Part shown: piece by piece, positions 62,236 through 64,000 of the stretch
How the letters are laid out: each line of letters begins with the position of its first letter
Numbering within the stretch: position 1 is the stretch's first letter
Origin: an uncultured Piscirickettsiaceae bacterium
GTDB lineage: Bacteria; Pseudomonadota; Gammaproteobacteria; GCF-002020875
DNA: 64,000 nucleotides
Direction of reading: 5' to 3'
Assembly (NCBI GenBank): GCA_964344325.1
Contig: CAYFMX010000001.1
Location: 202,233-266,232 of the forward strand
Translations under genes and position numbers: made by a program
Notes under the pieces: model-generated
The model's database searches: none
What the model saw: only the letters and a program-made list of their open reading frames with translations
Told to the model about the DNA's origin: nothing

Positions 62236-62576
62236 ATCTGTTCCTCCACCACATCCGTCAGTTTGCGGATATGTCCTTCCAGTCCAATCATATCTTCCAC
62301 ATCCAGCTGGAAAACCACGCCATCGCCATTGTCGAAATTCCCGGCTTCGGCAACCTTCTCCAGAATATTGCGGCTGAGATGCTCTTCCACCAACGTCAAT
62401 ACCATATCGCGCTGGGTATTGATCGCCAGTCCCCAAAACCCTTTCGCCCCTTCCAGGCCTTCACCACGCACCTGATTAAGCACGGTAACCCCCGTTGCGC
62501 CTGCATCTCGCGCTGCTTTGATCACTGCATCGGTTTTCCCGTCATCCACCAACGCCACCAATAATTTGAAATGCAT
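62232..62576 (-). CDS. P-II-like (GlnB superfamily) signalling protein
   Basis: 114 aa, ferredoxin-like fold with a glycine-rich T-loop-like region (RGEGLEGAKG); not canonical GlnB/GlnK. Confidence 0.55.
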   Translation of the reverse strand: MHFKLLVALVDDGKTDAVIKAARDAGATGVTVLNQVRGEGLEGAKGFWGLAINTQRDMVLTLVEEHLSRNILEKVAEAGNFDNGDGVVFQLDVEDMIGLEGHIRKLTDVVEEQI

Positions 62577-62698
62577 CAGGAAATTCTCCTTTGCGCCATA
62601 AAAGTAATTTATAAATTAAATTCTGAAATTAATTTTTTTGAATTTGAAGAGTAAAACGAGAAATTTGGAAAATAGAAGAAAATAAAAATAAGCAGCTA

Positions 62699-63496
62699 CT
62701 ATTTCGCACTCATCTTCTTTGATTTTGATTTCGCAATCCAGCCAGAAATTTGTACGTATCCCATCACTGTCATAATCGGAAAGAGGCAGGTAAATGCGAT
62801 CAGTCCAAATCCATCCAACATGGCGCTTCGTCCTGGCACGGAACTCGCCAGCCCAAGCCCCAACGCCGCGACCAGTGGTACGGTTACTGTTGAAGTGGTC
62901 ACACCACCTGAATCATAGGCTAACGCAGTGATCGTACGGGGAGCATAATAAGTTTGAATCATGACCACAATATAACCAGCGATAATAAAGTAATAGAGTG
63001 GAATACCGACCACAATTCTCCATGAGCCTAATGCAATGCCGGTCGCCGCACCCACTGCCACGGCAATACGTAAGCCCGTCGCAGAAACCGTTCCGCCAGA
63101 AACCTGCTGCGCCTTCAACGCCACTGCTAATAAAGATGGTTCAGCAATCGTGGTCGAAAAACCGAGGGTAAAGGCGAAGATATAAACCCATTTGTAATCC
63201 TGCCATCGCAATGCCGTCGCCACGCTTTCTGCACCATCGGTAATGCCTTTGATAAACGTAGGATCCGAAAGCTGCGTTGCCATCAATTTTCCGATTGGGA
63301 ACAGCGCTTGATCCAAGCCCATCAAAAACAGCGTCAGTCCAAGCAGTACATAGACAAAGCCAACCACCATTTTGGATAAATTCGGAATCGGTTTGCGAAT
63401 CACAAACAATTGGAAACCGATCACAATGACCAAAATGGGCAACAGGTCGCGCATCGTTGCCAGCAAGGTAGAAAGAAAAGTGGTGAGTGTTTCCAT
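62699..63496 (-). CDS. DUF1538 family integral membrane protein
   Basis: 265 aa, multi-TM, conserved [22 protein letters not shown] segment shared with the next gene. Confidence 0.6.
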   Translation of the reverse strand: METLTTFLSTLLATMRDLLPILVIVIGFQLFVIRKPIPNLSKMVVGFVYVLLGLTLFLMGLDQALFPIGKLMATQLSDPTFIKGITDGAESVATALRWQDYKWVYIFAFTLGFSTTIAEPSLLAVALKAQQVSGGTVSATGLRIAVAVGAATGIALGSWRIVVGIPLYYFIIAGYIVVMIQTYYAPRTITALAYDSGGVTTSTVTVPLVAALGLGLASSVPGRSAMLDGFGLIAFTCLFPIMTVMGYVQISGWIAKSKSKKMSAK

Positions 63497-64000
63497 TACA
63501 GCAACATCCCGTATCCCATGACGAAAATCATCGGTGTCAGTGAGGCAAATGCAATCAGACCGAAGCCGTCCGTCATCGGATTGCGTCCTTTGATCGACGT
63601 CGCCAATCCAACACCCAATGCAGTTACCAGTGGCACGGTCACCGTTGAGGTGGTGACGCCACCTGCATCGTAGGCAATCCCAATAATTTCGGTGGGCGCA
63701 AACAAGGTCATTGCCACCACGCCGAGGTAGCCGCCGATAATCAGATAGTGGATCGGCCAGCCTTTCAGAATGCGTAACACACCAATCAAAATTGCAAACC
63801 CGACCGCCAGAGCAACGGTGTAACGCAGGCCGCTGGCGTAAGATTCTTTTGCTTCTTCAGATTGCTCCAGTAAACCACCTGCAGCAGCGATTTCTGCCGC
63901 TTCTTTGGCAACTGCAATCAACGCCGGTTCTGCAACAGTGGTACTAAATCCAAGCAAAAATGCGAAGGTGAGTAACCAGAATAGACTTCCTTTTTTGGCG
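63496..64000 (-). CDS. DUF1538 family integral membrane protein (paralog; 5' end beyond the window)
   Basis: Reading frame continues to the window edge; paralogous to the preceding gene ([22 protein letters not shown]). Confidence 0.55.
   Translation of the reverse strand, partial: AKKGSLFWLLTFAFLLGFSTTVAEPALIAVAKEAAEIAAAGGLLEQSEEAKESYASGLRYTVALAVGFAILIGVLRILKGWPIHYLIIGGYLGVVAMTLFAPTEIIGIAYDAGGVTTSTVTVPLVTALGVGLATSIKGRNPMTDGFGLIAFASLTPMIFVMGYGMLL

Overview
This is a 64-kb window from a gammaproteobacterial chromosome with moderate GC. The gene order resembles Pseudomonas and Thiotrichales (parB-parA-rsmG-mnmG; TPR-lolB-ispE-tRNAGln-prs-rplY-pth-ychF; glyQS-gmhB-plsC-kdsC-lptCAB-rpoN-hpf; rsfS-rlmH; rng-yhdP). 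Most of the window is conserved housekeeping sequence: the origin-proximal par/mnmG cluster, the glnK-amtB nitrogen operon, two tRNAs (Gln-UUG, Met-CAU), the LPS export and sigma-54 locus, an Enzyme I homolog and mgtE. Three regions look accessory by composition and content. (1) At about 16.9-17.9 kb there are nested IS remnants: an IS481-family N-terminal fragment truncated by an IS1-family element that has recognisable inverted repeats and a decayed insB. (2) At about 18-25.8 kb lies an AT-rich LPS inner-core and O-antigen-ligase cluster with four GT9 heptosyltransferases, a GT2, a GT4, waaL-like, waaF and hldD. (3) At about 44.4-53.8 kb an AT-rich island sits between mgtE and rsfS. It carries a tightly packed minus-strand operon (ATP-grasp, then SIR2-like, then STAND-type NTPase with pentapeptide repeats, then radical SAM, the last two translationally coupled) and a divergent fold-type-III PLP decarboxylase. 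It is flanked by small membrane peptides, an FN3 protein and a strongly CT-skewed 200-bp tract. This island is the best candidate for an undescribed system. Its domains look like a mix of antiphage-defence sensor and effector modules (SIR2, STAND) and a small-molecule-modifying enzyme trio. Other points of note: a roughly 75-bp structured intergenic repeat present twice, an ampD that appears to need an ATT start, and a DUF1538x2 / P-II-like / CBS cluster at the window end. No CRISPR array and no rRNA were found.
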